A DNA stretch of 64,000 nt, taken from assembly GCA_050943735.1 (NCBI GenBank), contig JBMNPT010000005.1, forward strand, positions 4,209 to 68,208, written 5' to 3'. The DNA is from Eubacteriales bacterium (lineage in GTDB: Bacteria; Bacillota; Clostridia; Oscillospirales; RGIG577). Below are positions 17,785 through 27,796 of the stretch, in pieces. Both the position numbers and the translations under genes were made by a program. Each line of letters starts with the position of its first letter. Position 1 is the first letter of the stretch. The notes under the pieces are model-generated. The model ran no database searches. It was given only the letters and a program-made list of their open reading frames with translations, and was not told the origin of the DNA.

Positions 17785-19317
17785 GTGCCGGATATTTTGA
17801 ACATGGTCCATATGACCAAACAGTTTGGGGATTTCAAGGCCAATGATGATATCAGCATCGATGTTCACAAAGGGGAAATTCTGGCGTTGCTGGGTGAAAA
17901 TGGTGCCGGTAAGAGTACATTGATGAATGTGCTCTACGGTTTGTATCAGCCTACCAGCGGCGAAATTTGGTTCAATGGCAGACGGGTGGAAATTGACAGT
18001 CCGCTGAAAGCCATCTCCTTGGGCATTGGCATGGTACACCAGCATTTCATGTTGGTACAGGCGTTTAAAACCTGGGAAAACGTGGTGCTTGGACTGAAGG
18101 ATGAGCAGAAACATATACTGAAGGAAGATGTGGCCAAGCAGAAAATCAAAGAGCTGGCCGAACGTTTCTGGCTGCAAATTGATCCGGATGCCCCCATTGA
18201 CAGCCTGTCGGTGGGATTGCAGCAGCAGGTGGAAATCGCCAAAGTGTTGTACCGGGGCTGCCGTCTGCTGATTTTGGACGAGCCTACCGGTGTGCTGACG
18301 CCTGTGGAAAAGGGTAAACTTTTCCGCACTCTGCGGTATTTGGCCAAGCATGGTCTGTCGGTCATTTTCATCTCTCACAAGCTGGACGAAGTAATGGAGA
18401 TCAGCGACCGGGTGGCGGTATTGTGCCGGGGAAAAAATGTATGTACCGTCAATACCAACGAAGTGACCAAGGAGGAGCTGGCCCGGATGATGGTGGGCCG
18501 CGACGTGGTCCTTACGGTGGAACGGGACAATCCTCAAATCGGCGAAGAAGAGGTGCTGCAGATTCAGGGCCTCAATGTCAAGGGCAACCGCCGCGCCTCC
18601 TGCATCAAAGATCTGAATTTGACCATCCATAGCGGAGAGGTCTTTGGATTGGCTGGGGTGGACGGCAACGGACAGTCGGAACTGGTGGAGGCCATTACCG
18701 GTATGCGCCGGGTACAGAGCGGTTCCATCAGCATTGGGGGCAAAAATGTGACCAATGCTTCCCCAAAAGAGCTGATTGAGAGCGGTACTGCGCTGATTCC
18801 CGAAGACCGCAAAAAAGTGGGTTCGGTACATAGTTTTTCCATTGACCGGAACATGATTTTGCGCAATGTAAACGACCCGCGTTACTGTAAATGTGGTGTG
18901 ATTGATTACAAAAAGCTGGCCCAGGATACCGATCAGGTGATTGAGGAGTTTGATGTGCGTCTCAGCGGCCGTCAGGAACCGGTGAGTCACCTGTCGGGTG
19001 GCAACCTGCAAAAGGTCATTCTGGCCCGGGAACTGCGGTCCAAACCCAAACTGCTGGTGGCCATGCATCCCACTCGGGGACTGGATGTGGGCGCCATTGA
19101 GTTTATCCATCGCAAAATTTTGGATGCCTGTGACCAAGGAGCGGCGGTTCTGCTGGTTTCCACTGAACTGGAAGAGATTGCCTCTCTGTCTGACACTGTA
19201 GCGGTTATGAGCGAAGGAAAAATTTCTCAGCCTCTTCGGGGCGAGGATCTGACCATTGAAAATCTGGGTCTGCTGATGGGCGGCACGCAGTTGAAGGAGG
19301 GGCAGAAGAGTGAATAA
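17785..19317 (+). CDS. ABC transporter ATP-binding protein (duplicated ATPase)
   Basis: Walker A GENGAGKST and signature LSGGNLQK, with two ABC halves. GTG 17785 follows RBS GAGGAGG. Confidence 0.9.
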   Translation: MPDILNMVHMTKQFGDFKANDDISIDVHKGEILALLGENGAGKSTLMNVLYGLYQPTSGEIWFNGRRVEIDSPLKAISLGIGMVHQHFMLVQAFKTWENVVLGLKDEQKHILKEDVAKQKIKELAERFWLQIDPDAPIDSLSVGLQQQVEIAKVLYRGCRLLILDEPTGVLTPVEKGKLFRTLRYLAKHGLSVIFISHKLDEVMEISDRVAVLCRGKNVCTVNTNEVTKEELARMMVGRDVVLTVERDNPQIGEEEVLQIQGLNVKGNRRASCIKDLNLTIHSGEVFGLAGVDGNGQSELVEAITGMRRVQSGSISIGGKNVTNASPKELIESGTALIPEDRKKVGSVHSFSIDRNMILRNVNDPRYCKCGVIDYKKLAQDTDQVIEEFDVRLSGRQEPVSHLSGGNLQKVILARELRSKPKLLVAMHPTRGLDVGAIEFIHRKILDACDQGAAVLLVSTELEEIASLSDTVAVMSEGKISQPLRGEDLTIENLGLLMGGTQLKEGQKSE

Positions 19318-20380
19318 ACTGGGGATTAACCAAAAAACACTGGCCAACCTTCGTACGGTGGCCATCGCCATTGTGGCGGCTTTTCTGGTGAGTCTGGTGT
19401 TTATCGCGGCATTGGGGGCTGATCCCATTGCGGCATATATCAAGATGTTCACCGGTGTGTTTGGCAAAAAGAGCGGTATTTTTGAAGTGCTGGCCAAAGC
19501 CACTCCGCTCATTATCATGGGTCTGGGCGTATCCATTGCGGCTCGGGGCGGCCTTTCCAACCTGGGCGGCGACGGTCAGTTTTATGTGGGCGCCATCTGT
19601 GCGGTGTGCGTGGGTTTGTATCTTCCCGCCACTTTACCCGCTCCTCTCATCTGGGTGCTGGCCATCATTGTGGCCATCATTGCCGGCGGCATTTGGGGAG
19701 GCCTGGCCGGTTGGCTCAAAGCCCGTTTCAACACAAATGAAGTTATCATCACCATCATGCTCAACTATGTGGGGCTGTACATTGTTTCCTGGCTGGTTTC
19801 CGGTCCGCTGGAAGCCCCTGGCGGCATTCCCCAGACACTGGCTCTGCCTGAGCAGTATTACCTGCCCAAGCTGATGACTGGCTCCCGGGCACACTGGGGC
19901 ATTCTGTTGGCCTTTGTGCTGGCGGTGGCAGTGAAATTCCTGTTCAAGAAAACCACTGTGGGCTATCGAATTGAAGCGGTGGGCTCTGCTCCCAACGCAG
20001 CTACCTATGGCGGCATCAACCAGAAGTTCTATGGAGTGCTCATTCTCTTTATCAGCGGTGCCTTCTGTGGTGTGGCAGGTATGATTGAAGTGTACGGCAC
20101 CTATTATCGCGTACTGGAAGGCATTACCTCCAGCTTTGGCTTTACCGCCATGCTGATCGCTCTGCTGGGTAAGCTGGACCCTTATGCAGTGATCCTGGGC
20201 AGCTTGTTTATCAGTGTGCTGACGGTGGGCGCCAACTCCATGCAGATTGCCATGAATGTGCCCACTTCCATTGTCAACGTCATTCAGAGTTTGATCATTG
20301 TCTTTGTGCTGATCATGCCCGGTGTGGAGAAGAACATTCGGGATTACCGCGACAAAAAGCGGGTAGGGAAGGGGGCTTAA
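19310..20380 (+). CDS. ABC transporter permease
   Basis: 356 aa and polytopic. It overlaps the ATPase stop by 8 nt. Confidence 0.88.
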   Translation: MNKLGINQKTLANLRTVAIAIVAAFLVSLVFIAALGADPIAAYIKMFTGVFGKKSGIFEVLAKATPLIIMGLGVSIAARGGLSNLGGDGQFYVGAICAVCVGLYLPATLPAPLIWVLAIIVAIIAGGIWGGLAGWLKARFNTNEVIITIMLNYVGLYIVSWLVSGPLEAPGGIPQTLALPEQYYLPKLMTGSRAHWGILLAFVLAVAVKFLFKKTTVGYRIEAVGSAPNAATYGGINQKFYGVLILFISGAFCGVAGMIEVYGTYYRVLEGITSSFGFTAMLIALLGKLDPYAVILGSLFISVLTVGANSMQIAMNVPTSIVNVIQSLIIVFVLIMPGVEKNIRDYRDKKRVGKGA

Positions 20381-20384
20381 TTGT

Positions 20385-21329
20385 ATGGAATCGATTTTTT
20401 CCGCAACCTTTATCATCACCCTGCTGGCGGCCGGTGTTCGTATGGCTATTCCCATTTTGCTGCCCGCGGTAGGCGAAATTTTTGCAGAACGTTCCGGTAT
20501 TCTCAACATCAACCTGGAAGGGCAGATGCTCACAGGAGCATTCCTCTCCTTTATTGTGGGGTACTACACCCACAATCTGTGGCTGGCGTTGCTGTTCGGC
20601 GCGCTGGCAGGCATCCTGATGGCTATGCTGATGGCGCTGTGCTGTGTGCGCTGGCACTGCAATCACGTGGTGGTGGGCATCACCCTCAACATGTTTGCTC
20701 TGGGCTGCACCAGCTTCTGGTATCGGGTGATTTACGGTGTAACCACCACCCCTCCCAAGGCAGATGTGAGTTCTGGTACACTGCCCATTCCGCTGCTGTC
20801 TGACATTCCCGCTCTGGGCGAGATCCTGTTTGATCAGAATATTCTGTTTTATCTGTCTGTGGTGATTGTGATTGCTGCATTTTATGTGCTCAATCGCACC
20901 CAGTTTGGACTGATGATCCGCGCTTCCGGTGAATATCCCCGGGCCGCGGAAACCATGGGCGTCAATGTATCCAACATGCGATACATTTCCATGTTGATTT
21001 GCGGCGCGCTGGCAGGGCTGGGCGGCAGTTTCCTGTCCCTGATCTCTCTCAACCGGTTTGTGGACAACATCACCGCATCCAGAGGCTTTATTGCACTTGC
21101 CATTGTGATTTTCGGCAAGTGGGACCCCCGTCTGGTATTTTTGGCTTCGCTGCTGTTTGGCACCACCGACGCATTGCAGTTGCGTCTGCAGGCAGTGGGT
21201 GTGGATGTGCCCTATCAGCTGCTCACCATGCTGCCCTATTTGCTCACCATCCTGGTGATGGTGGTCACCGCAAAACGTTCCCGGTGTCCCGCAGCTTTGG
21301 GCGAAGATTACCAGCGTGAACAAATTTGA
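20385..21329 (+). CDS. ABC transporter permease
   Basis: 314 aa and polytopic. It is the second permease of the BMP system. Confidence 0.88.
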   Translation: MESIFSATFIITLLAAGVRMAIPILLPAVGEIFAERSGILNINLEGQMLTGAFLSFIVGYYTHNLWLALLFGALAGILMAMLMALCCVRWHCNHVVVGITLNMFALGCTSFWYRVIYGVTTTPPKADVSSGTLPIPLLSDIPALGEILFDQNILFYLSVVIVIAAFYVLNRTQFGLMIRASGEYPRAAETMGVNVSNMRYISMLICGALAGLGGSFLSLISLNRFVDNITASRGFIALAIVIFGKWDPRLVFLASLLFGTTDALQLRLQAVGVDVPYQLLTMLPYLLTILVMVVTAKRSRCPAALGEDYQREQI

Positions 21330-21442
21330 CCAGCAGCGAACTTTTCTGCAAGTTATGGGGAATCCTGTTGTCAGATAATAGAGTTTGTTGTATAATAAAT
21401 AAGTATTGTTAGTTTTTCAACAGTAGAGGAGGACATTGCACA

Positions 21443-22711
21443 ATGAATGATCTGGTACTCAAGAACATTGACAAAATCGTCACTGGCGACATCCAGAAGC
21501 CCATCGTGCCCGGCGACACCGTAGTGGTGCGCAACGGCCTGATCGCGGCGATCGGATACGAAAAGGACGTGGATACCTCTGGCATTGATCTGGTGATCGA
21601 TGTGGACGGTCAGATCGTTTGCCCCGGTTTGATCGACTGCCACATCCACAATACGCTGGATGACTATGCTCCTCAGCGCGGTGCTGTAGGTACATATTCC
21701 GATGCGCTGTTCTACGGCACCACTACCATGTGCTCCGAAGGCGAACAGGGTCCCGGCTGGCCCCGTTTCTATGACGACGCCATCGGCTGCAAGGCGGCTG
21801 CTATTATGGCTCACCGGGTGTTTGAACGGTATCGTCCCGGCGGCGCTCTGAAGTTCCACGGCGGTGCTCTGGTACTGGTACATGGCCTGACTGAGCAGGA
21901 CTTCAAGGAAATGGCGGATGCCGGCGTATGGCTGATTGCTGAAATCGGCGGCGGCGGTCTGTCTGATCCCGCTGAAGTGGCTCCCATGCTGGAGTGGGCC
22001 CGCAAGTACAACTTCTTCTATTCCGTACATCTGGCTCCTCCCTCGATCCCTGGTTCTTCCTGGGTGACCTCCGAGGAGATTCTGAAGCTGCGTCCCAACA
22101 AGGTGGCTCACACCAATGGCGGCTCCACCGCTGTGTCTTTTGACCACATTGAACGTCTGATGGACGAGAGCGATATCCCCCTGGAGTTGGTTGTAAACGG
22201 CAACTTTGTGAATTTCAACAAGATGCTGCAGCATATGAACAAGAAGGGCGAACTGAACCGTCTGGTATTCGGCAGCGACGCTCCCACTGGTCAGGCTTCT
22301 CTGCCCGGTGCCATCAACCGCGCCATTGTGAAGGCTTCTGCCCTCAATGACATTCCGGCTGAAATCTGCATCGCAATGGCCACCGGTAATGCCGCTGATC
22401 TGTACCGTCTGAACACCGGTAAGATCGAAGTGGGCCGTGAAGCGGACATTCAGGTCATCGACTGCCCGCCCGGATCCTGCGGCACTGACGCTCTCAAGGC
22501 CATTGAGTGCGGCGATCCCTTCGGTAACTCCATGGTGATTGTGGATGGACGTATTGTGGCATATCGTGGTCACGATTCCCGTCCCACCGCCCGTACCTGC
22601 AAGATCGACGGCGAGCCCGTATTTGTGTCCGGCATCACCGAGCACCTGTTCTTCCCGCCCCAGCTGTGCCGTCACTACGAAGGTCTGACCTTCCACAAGC
22701 AGGGCAAGTAA
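21443..22711 (+). CDS. amidohydrolase superfamily protein (enamidase-like)
   Basis: 422 aa. PGLIDCHIH is the metal-binding HxH motif. Confidence 0.8.
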   Translation: MNDLVLKNIDKIVTGDIQKPIVPGDTVVVRNGLIAAIGYEKDVDTSGIDLVIDVDGQIVCPGLIDCHIHNTLDDYAPQRGAVGTYSDALFYGTTTMCSEGEQGPGWPRFYDDAIGCKAAAIMAHRVFERYRPGGALKFHGGALVLVHGLTEQDFKEMADAGVWLIAEIGGGGLSDPAEVAPMLEWARKYNFFYSVHLAPPSIPGSSWVTSEEILKLRPNKVAHTNGGSTAVSFDHIERLMDESDIPLELVVNGNFVNFNKMLQHMNKKGELNRLVFGSDAPTGQASLPGAINRAIVKASALNDIPAEICIAMATGNAADLYRLNTGKIEVGREADIQVIDCPPGSCGTDALKAIECGDPFGNSMVIVDGRIVAYRGHDSRPTARTCKIDGEPVFVSGITEHLFFPPQLCRHYEGLTFHKQGK

Positions 22712-22812
22712 TTTACATCCTCCGGGAGAGAAAATCCCAAAGTCTGCAGCAGGGCAAGCCGGTTTTATGCGGTTTGCCCTGTTGTTGAGTCATGGAAAGG
22801 AGAAATTGAACC

Positions 22813-24174
22813 ATGGCAACCACACTGATTCAAAACGCCAGCGCCATTGTCACAGTGGACCGGGAGGACCGGGTGCTGTGGAACGCCAATATTTTGATTG
22901 AGGACAATGTAATCCGTTACATTGGCTCTGAAAAAAAAGAGGCGGATCAGGTGATTGACGCCTCCGGATGCTATGTGTATCCCGGTCTCATCAACACCCA
23001 TCATCACCTGTACCAAACCTTCACCCGCAATCTGCCCCAGGTGCAGAAAATGGAGCTGTTCCCCTGGCTGGTGACCCTGTATGAGATCTGGAGAGGTCTG
23101 GATGAGGACTGCATTTACCACAGTTCTCTGGTGGGTATGGGCGAGCTGATCAAATATGGCTGCACCACTTGTATGGACCATCATTATGTATTCCCCAAGG
23201 AAGGGTCGGAGAATTTTATCGATCAGCAATTCCGCGCCGCGGATGATCTGGGCATTCGTTTCCATGCCACTCGGGGCAGTATGTCCCGGGGTAAGAGCGA
23301 CGGCGGTCTGCCGCCCGATGATCTGGTGCAGAGTGTGGATGTGATTCTCAAGGACAGCGAACGGCTGGTGAAAAAATTCCATGACACTTCCCGTTTTGCC
23401 ATGCATCAGGTGGCGCTGGCTCCCTGTTCGCCCTTCTCTGTGACCACCGACCTGCTCAAGGAATCCGCCAAGCTGGCACGCAGCCTGGGAGTGCGTCTGC
23501 ACACCCACCTGTGTGAGACCAAGGATGAGGAAAACTTCTGTCTGGAAGTGGTAAAGCAGCGTCCGCTGGCCTATATGGAATCCTGCGGATGGATTGGCAA
23601 AGATGTGTGGTATGCCCATGGCATCCACTTCAACGACGAGGAACTGCACCATCTGGCCGAGACCGGCACCGGTGTGGCACACTGTCCCGTTTCCAACATG
23701 AAGCTGGCCTCCGGTGTGTGCCGGATTCCTGAAATGCTGGAGCTGGGTGTGCCGGTGGGTCTGGCAGTGGATGGCTCTGCCTCCAATGACTGCTCCAACA
23801 TGATGGCGGAAATCCGGGCGGCTTACCTGCTGCACCGGCTGAATTCCAGTTACAGCGCACCTACCGGGTATGATCTGCTGAAGATTGCCACTCGGGGCAG
23901 CGCGGCGATTTTGGGCCGGGATGACATCGGCAGTCTGGAAGTGGGCAAAGCCGCAGACCTCTTCATGCTGGATATGAACCTGCTGGAGATGGTGGGCTGT
24001 CAGAAAGACCCTGCCTGCCTGCTGGGTACGGTGGGCTATTCCCGTCCCGCCAAGATGGTCATGGTCAATGGCCGGGTGGTGGCTGAAAACGGCCGTCTGC
24101 TGGGCATTGATGAGGAAAAGGTGACATATAAGGCCAACCAGCTGATGGAAGGCATGCTGCGCAAAGCGGAGTGA
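22813..24174 (+). CDS. amidohydrolase, COG0402-type deaminase (8-oxoguanine/isoxanthopterin deaminase-like)
   Basis: 453 aa with the PGLINTHHHLYQ motif and downstream HTHL and AHG motifs. Confidence 0.8.
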   Translation: MATTLIQNASAIVTVDREDRVLWNANILIEDNVIRYIGSEKKEADQVIDASGCYVYPGLINTHHHLYQTFTRNLPQVQKMELFPWLVTLYEIWRGLDEDCIYHSSLVGMGELIKYGCTTCMDHHYVFPKEGSENFIDQQFRAADDLGIRFHATRGSMSRGKSDGGLPPDDLVQSVDVILKDSERLVKKFHDTSRFAMHQVALAPCSPFSVTTDLLKESAKLARSLGVRLHTHLCETKDEENFCLEVVKQRPLAYMESCGWIGKDVWYAHGIHFNDEELHHLAETGTGVAHCPVSNMKLASGVCRIPEMLELGVPVGLAVDGSASNDCSNMMAEIRAAYLLHRLNSSYSAPTGYDLLKIATRGSAAILGRDDIGSLEVGKAADLFMLDMNLLEMVGCQKDPACLLGTVGYSRPAKMVMVNGRVVAENGRLLGIDEEKVTYKANQLMEGMLRKAE

Positions 24175-24184
24175 GGAGGAGACC

Positions 24185-24931
24185 ATGTTTACAGATCTGA
24201 ACCGGTACACCTGGGAAGAAGTGGCGGCCATGGATATGGAACACACCTATTATGTGCTGCCCATCAGCTCGCTGGAGCAGCATGGGAAACATCTGGCCAT
24301 GGGTGCGGATGATTTCATCCTGCAATGCGCGCTGAAAGAACTGTACAAGAAGGAAGAAATCACTGCCAATATGCTGTGCCTGCCCATTCTCCACTATGGC
24401 AACAGCCATGAGCATCTGGATTTTAAGGGCGTGGTGTCCTTCAGTTGCGACACCATTGTGGCCATCATTCGGGATATTCTGCGCTGCATGAAAATGCACG
24501 GAGTCAAAAATCTAATCATTCTCAACTCCCACGGCGGCAATTCCTCTTTGATTGATGCGTACGCCCAGGAGTGGGAAGTGGAATTTGGCATTCATGTGTA
24601 TACCATCAGCCTGTGGGCCCCCGGATTCTTTCGGGGAGCGGAGCTGGGTGTGGAAACGCCTCTGGCCCATGAAATCCACGCCGGTGAGATGGAGACCTCC
24701 ATCCTGATGTACGGGATGCCGGAAATGGTCCGCAAGGACAAAATCTCGGAAAAGTATGACGTTCGGCTGAATTTGAGAGAATATTACGCCGGTTGGAACA
24801 GCGCCGATCTCTCTCCTGACAACGGAGTGATGGGTGTGGCTTCCAAAGCCACCGTCCAAAAGGGTGAGGCCATTGTGAAATACATGGGCGACCGGATGTG
24901 TTCCTATTTGCTGGACATTCAGAATAGCTGA
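24185..24931 (+). CDS. creatininase-family amidohydrolase
   Basis: 248 aa. LPISSLEQHGKHLAMGAD and NSHGGN are motifs typical of the creatininase fold. Confidence 0.8.
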   Translation: MFTDLNRYTWEEVAAMDMEHTYYVLPISSLEQHGKHLAMGADDFILQCALKELYKKEEITANMLCLPILHYGNSHEHLDFKGVVSFSCDTIVAIIRDILRCMKMHGVKNLIILNSHGGNSSLIDAYAQEWEVEFGIHVYTISLWAPGFFRGAELGVETPLAHEIHAGEMETSILMYGMPEMVRKDKISEKYDVRLNLREYYAGWNSADLSPDNGVMGVASKATVQKGEAIVKYMGDRMCSYLLDIQNS

Positions 24932-24963
24932 AAAGCCCTTCCATAACGAAGAGAGGTGAGGAG

Positions 24964-25692
24964 ATGCCAGGCAAAATCGAACGGGGAAAAACGTTGTCGG
25001 AGCAGGCGTATGAACTGCTGTGTGAGCGGATTCGCAACATGCCGCGGGGAAATAACCGTCTGCCGTCCGAGGAGGAACTGTCCCGGGAATACGGCGTGAG
25101 CCGCGCCACCATTCGTGAGGCGTGCAATCAGCTGATTGGGGAAGGCTATGTGGAAAAGCTGCCCGGTCGTGGCATGCTGGCGCATCCCTCTGCCTTTGCC
25201 ATGGAAAACCGCATCGACCTGATTTCGGATTTTTCCCAGATGATGCGTCAGAAGTACAAGACGGTGGAACGCACGATTTGTCACGTACAGGTGCGGGAGG
25301 AGGCTCGTATGCAGGCCGGCCATCCCTGGAGCCGTATGCAGGGGCCGGTGCTGACCATGGACTGGACTTACTGGGGAGATGGCAAAAAAGTGATCTACAG
25401 TCCTTTTGAAATCCCTCTCTCCAATTTCCGGGAACTGCCTCAAGAGGGATTTCAGGTTCGGGATTTGTTGGATTTTGGCGAGCGGTATCTGAAAGTGCCG
25501 CTGTCTTACTGTGCCATTTATGTACAGTGCGGATTTGCCCCCCACGCCGCCCGGGAGTTTGGCCTGGAAGCCGGTCAGCCCTTGGTGAGCTGGCAGGAAA
25601 CTCTCTTTGACATTGAGGACAATCCTTCGGGATACAACACCTTCTATTTGAATCCTCAGGAAATGACCATGTCTCTCATTACCAAATTTTGA
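24964..25692 (+). CDS. GntR family (HutC/UTRA-type) transcriptional regulator
   Basis: LPSEEELSREYGVSRATIREA winged HTH plus a UTRA-sized C-terminal domain. Confidence 0.85.
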   Translation: MPGKIERGKTLSEQAYELLCERIRNMPRGNNRLPSEEELSREYGVSRATIREACNQLIGEGYVEKLPGRGMLAHPSAFAMENRIDLISDFSQMMRQKYKTVERTICHVQVREEARMQAGHPWSRMQGPVLTMDWTYWGDGKKVIYSPFEIPLSNFRELPQEGFQVRDLLDFGERYLKVPLSYCAIYVQCGFAPHAAREFGLEAGQPLVSWQETLFDIEDNPSGYNTFYLNPQEMTMSLITKF

Positions 25693-25693
25693 C

Positions 25694-25731
25694 CGAAAGC
25701 CGGTATGACAATAAAGTCATACCGGCTTTTG
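25694..25731 (+). terminator. intrinsic terminator
   Basis: AAAGCCGGTATGAC/GTCATACCGGCTTT 14-bp stem followed by T-rich sequence. Confidence 0.8.
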
Positions 25732-25795
25732 CGATGCATAGCACCCCGGACTCTTTCTCATACTATGTCAGTGAGAAAAAAGGGGGAATGGCAGG

Positions 25796-26251
25796 ATGCA
25801 GGGGCAGATCTGGGTGGCTTCCCGTCAGCGGGGCGCGCGATTGACAGAGGAGTTGGAGCGGATGTTGGAAGGCCGGGTGAAAGTGGATTTGTGCCGGGAT
25901 TTGGCACAGGTACAATGCGGCTCAAGGGATCTTTTGCTGCTGGATGGAGCGGTGGGGCGCTGCCAGGGCCATCCGGCGTTGGTCATTGTGGAGTGTGACA
26001 ACGTGGGGGATGTCCGCTGTGCCCGGCATCTGGCCCGGCCGCTGGTGGCTTGCGGCATGCGGGACAGCTGCACCGTTACTCTGTCCAGCAATGGGGAGGA
26101 ATGGATGAGTGTCAGCCTGCAGCGCAGGCTTTGCCCCGGGGTGGAGGAACAGGAGGTGTTATTTCGTCGCCGTCAGGGACTCAGCGATTATGAGCATATG
26201 GCTTTGTGCGTATGTGGTTTGTGGTGGGGAGTTCCCAGTTGGGAGTTCTAA
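25796..26251 (+). CDS. hypothetical protein (Arg/Cys-rich)
   Basis: 151-aa ORF with RBS AAGGGGGA and host-like codon usage. No recognisable family. Confidence 0.5.
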   Translation: MQGQIWVASRQRGARLTEELERMLEGRVKVDLCRDLAQVQCGSRDLLLLDGAVGRCQGHPALVIVECDNVGDVRCARHLARPLVACGMRDSCTVTLSSNGEEWMSVSLQRRLCPGVEEQEVLFRRRQGLSDYEHMALCVCGLWWGVPSWEF

Positions 26252-26305
26252 AGCAGCGGGTCTTTTGATACACTGTAGTACAAGCTACCAAAGGAGTGGA
26301 AGACC

Positions 26306-26965
26306 ATGATGTGGGAATGGAATCAGGCAGTGATTCGCGGTGTATTGCGGGAAGATCCCTGTTACAGCCATTGTCAATATGGAGAGGATTTTTATTTGCT
26401 GGAAATGGGAGTGGCACGTGCCAGCGGCACCTGGGATGTGCTGCGTGTCATGCTCTCCCAGCGGCTGATGGTGGAAGAATTGCCTCAGGCCGGTGAATGG
26501 ATGGAAATTCGAGGACAGCTCCGCAGTTACAATCGGATGGAGACCGGACGAAGCAAACTACAGCTCATGGTGTTTGCCGGAGAAGCCCGGCGGGCGGTGG
26601 AATCTGAGGGATTTTGCAATCGGGTGGAACTGGAGGGGCTGATTTGTCGACAGCCCCATTATCGGGCCACGCCGCTGGGAAGGGAAATTTGCGATTTGAT
26701 GCTGGCAGTGAGTCGCTCCTATCACCGGTGTGATTACATACCCTGCATTCTTTGGGGCCGAAATGCCCGCTATATGGGACGGATGGGAATTGGAAGGCGG
26801 ATTCGGATCAATGGACGAATCCAGAGCCGGGAATATATCAAAATGGAAAATGGTTTGCCCATTCATCGGGTGACAATCGAAGTGAGTGCTGTGACGGGAC
26901 AGTTGGTGGAGGAGATTGACAATTGTCAGGAAATGGGGTATATTACAAATAATAATGATTCTTAG
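26306..26965 (+). CDS. tandem OB-fold, SSB-like protein
   Basis: Two internal repeats match the SSB pattern N.V.L.G.L...P....T..G......L.V.R. An example is NRVELEGLICRQPHYRATPLGREICDLMLAVSRSY..CDYIPCILWGRNARYM. There is no acidic SSB tail. Confidence 0.5.
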   Translation: MMWEWNQAVIRGVLREDPCYSHCQYGEDFYLLEMGVARASGTWDVLRVMLSQRLMVEELPQAGEWMEIRGQLRSYNRMETGRSKLQLMVFAGEARRAVESEGFCNRVELEGLICRQPHYRATPLGREICDLMLAVSRSYHRCDYIPCILWGRNARYMGRMGIGRRIRINGRIQSREYIKMENGLPIHRVTIEVSAVTGQLVEEIDNCQEMGYITNNNDS

Positions 26966-26990
26966 TTTCTTCACATGAAAGGAGAATACA

Positions 26991-27632
26991 ATGGACAAAA
27001 ATGTATTGCGGGATCTCTCCTACGGTTTGTATGCCATAGGAACCCTGCTGGATGGGAAAAAAGCAGGTTGTATTGTAAACACCGTATTTCAGGTGACCAG
27101 TGAAAACCCCATGATTTGCATCAGCATGAACAAAAACAATGCCACCCATGAGGGCATTCGGCAGACAGGCCGTTTCACTGCCGCCATTCTCTCGGAACAG
27201 GCGGACCCCTCTGTGATCGGTACCCTGGGTTTTCATAGCTCCCGGGATACAGATAAATTCGGCGCACTGCCCCATGAAATGGCGGGGGATTTGCCGGTCA
27301 TTACCCAGGGCACTTCCGGCTATCTGGTCTGCCAGGTGGTTTCTTTTACCGATGCGGAAACCCACAGTCTGATTCTGGCACGTGTGATGGATGCCGTATC
27401 CACAGAAAAAGCGGTGCCTATGACCTATCGGTATTATCATGAAGTGGTCAAGGGCAAAGCACCCAAAAACGCTCCCACCTATGTGGAAGAGGAAACCGCT
27501 GCTCCCACAGAGGAAGTTTGGGTGTGCGATGTGTGCGGGTACGAGTATCATGGGGATCTCACCCGGGAACCTGCAGACTTCCGCTGTCCCATGTGCAGGG
27601 TGGATAAATCCCACTTCCGTAAAAAAGTATAA
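26991..27632 (+). CDS. flavin reductase domain fused to rubredoxin (high-molecular-weight rubredoxin type)
   Basis: N-terminal flavin-reductase-like LSYGLYAIG. C-terminal WVCDVCGYEY...FRCPMC rubredoxin knuckles. Confidence 0.85.
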   Translation: MDKNVLRDLSYGLYAIGTLLDGKKAGCIVNTVFQVTSENPMICISMNKNNATHEGIRQTGRFTAAILSEQADPSVIGTLGFHSSRDTDKFGALPHEMAGDLPVITQGTSGYLVCQVVSFTDAETHSLILARVMDAVSTEKAVPMTYRYYHEVVKGKAPKNAPTYVEEETAAPTEEVWVCDVCGYEYHGDLTREPADFRCPMCRVDKSHFRKKV

Positions 27633-27637
27633 AAACA

Positions 27638-27668
27638 TCCAGCAGAGCCGTTAGGCTCTGCTTTTTTA
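27638..27668 (+). terminator. intrinsic terminator
   Basis: AGCAGAGCC/GGCTCTGCT stem followed by T6. Confidence 0.8.
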
Positions 27669-27796
27669 TGCGCAATTTGCAAAAAACCAAAATGACAGTT
27701 GTGGGATTTTGGTGTTCTCTTTTGACGGGTTTTGTGGTATGATGAATGTTAGTGTTCAGAGGGAATGTGTCAGTACCATAGGGAGGAAATAGGAAT

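Noticed and set aside
16444-19560. A 1038-aa ORF on the minus strand spanning the BMP lipoprotein gene, an intergenic region, the ABC ATPase gene and part of a permease gene.
   Set aside because: It is antisense to three confidently identified genes. It has no RBS or recognisable domain, and its composition (H/Q/R/G-rich) is typical of a shadow frame. It stays open because the sense genes rarely use codons whose reverse complements are stops (TTA, CTA, TCA).
27669-27796. Possible PyrR-binding attenuator upstream of pyrB (GUUCAGAGGGAAU resembles the UCCAGAGAGG binding loop).
   Set aside because: The similarity is only partial, and no terminator/antiterminator pair follows.
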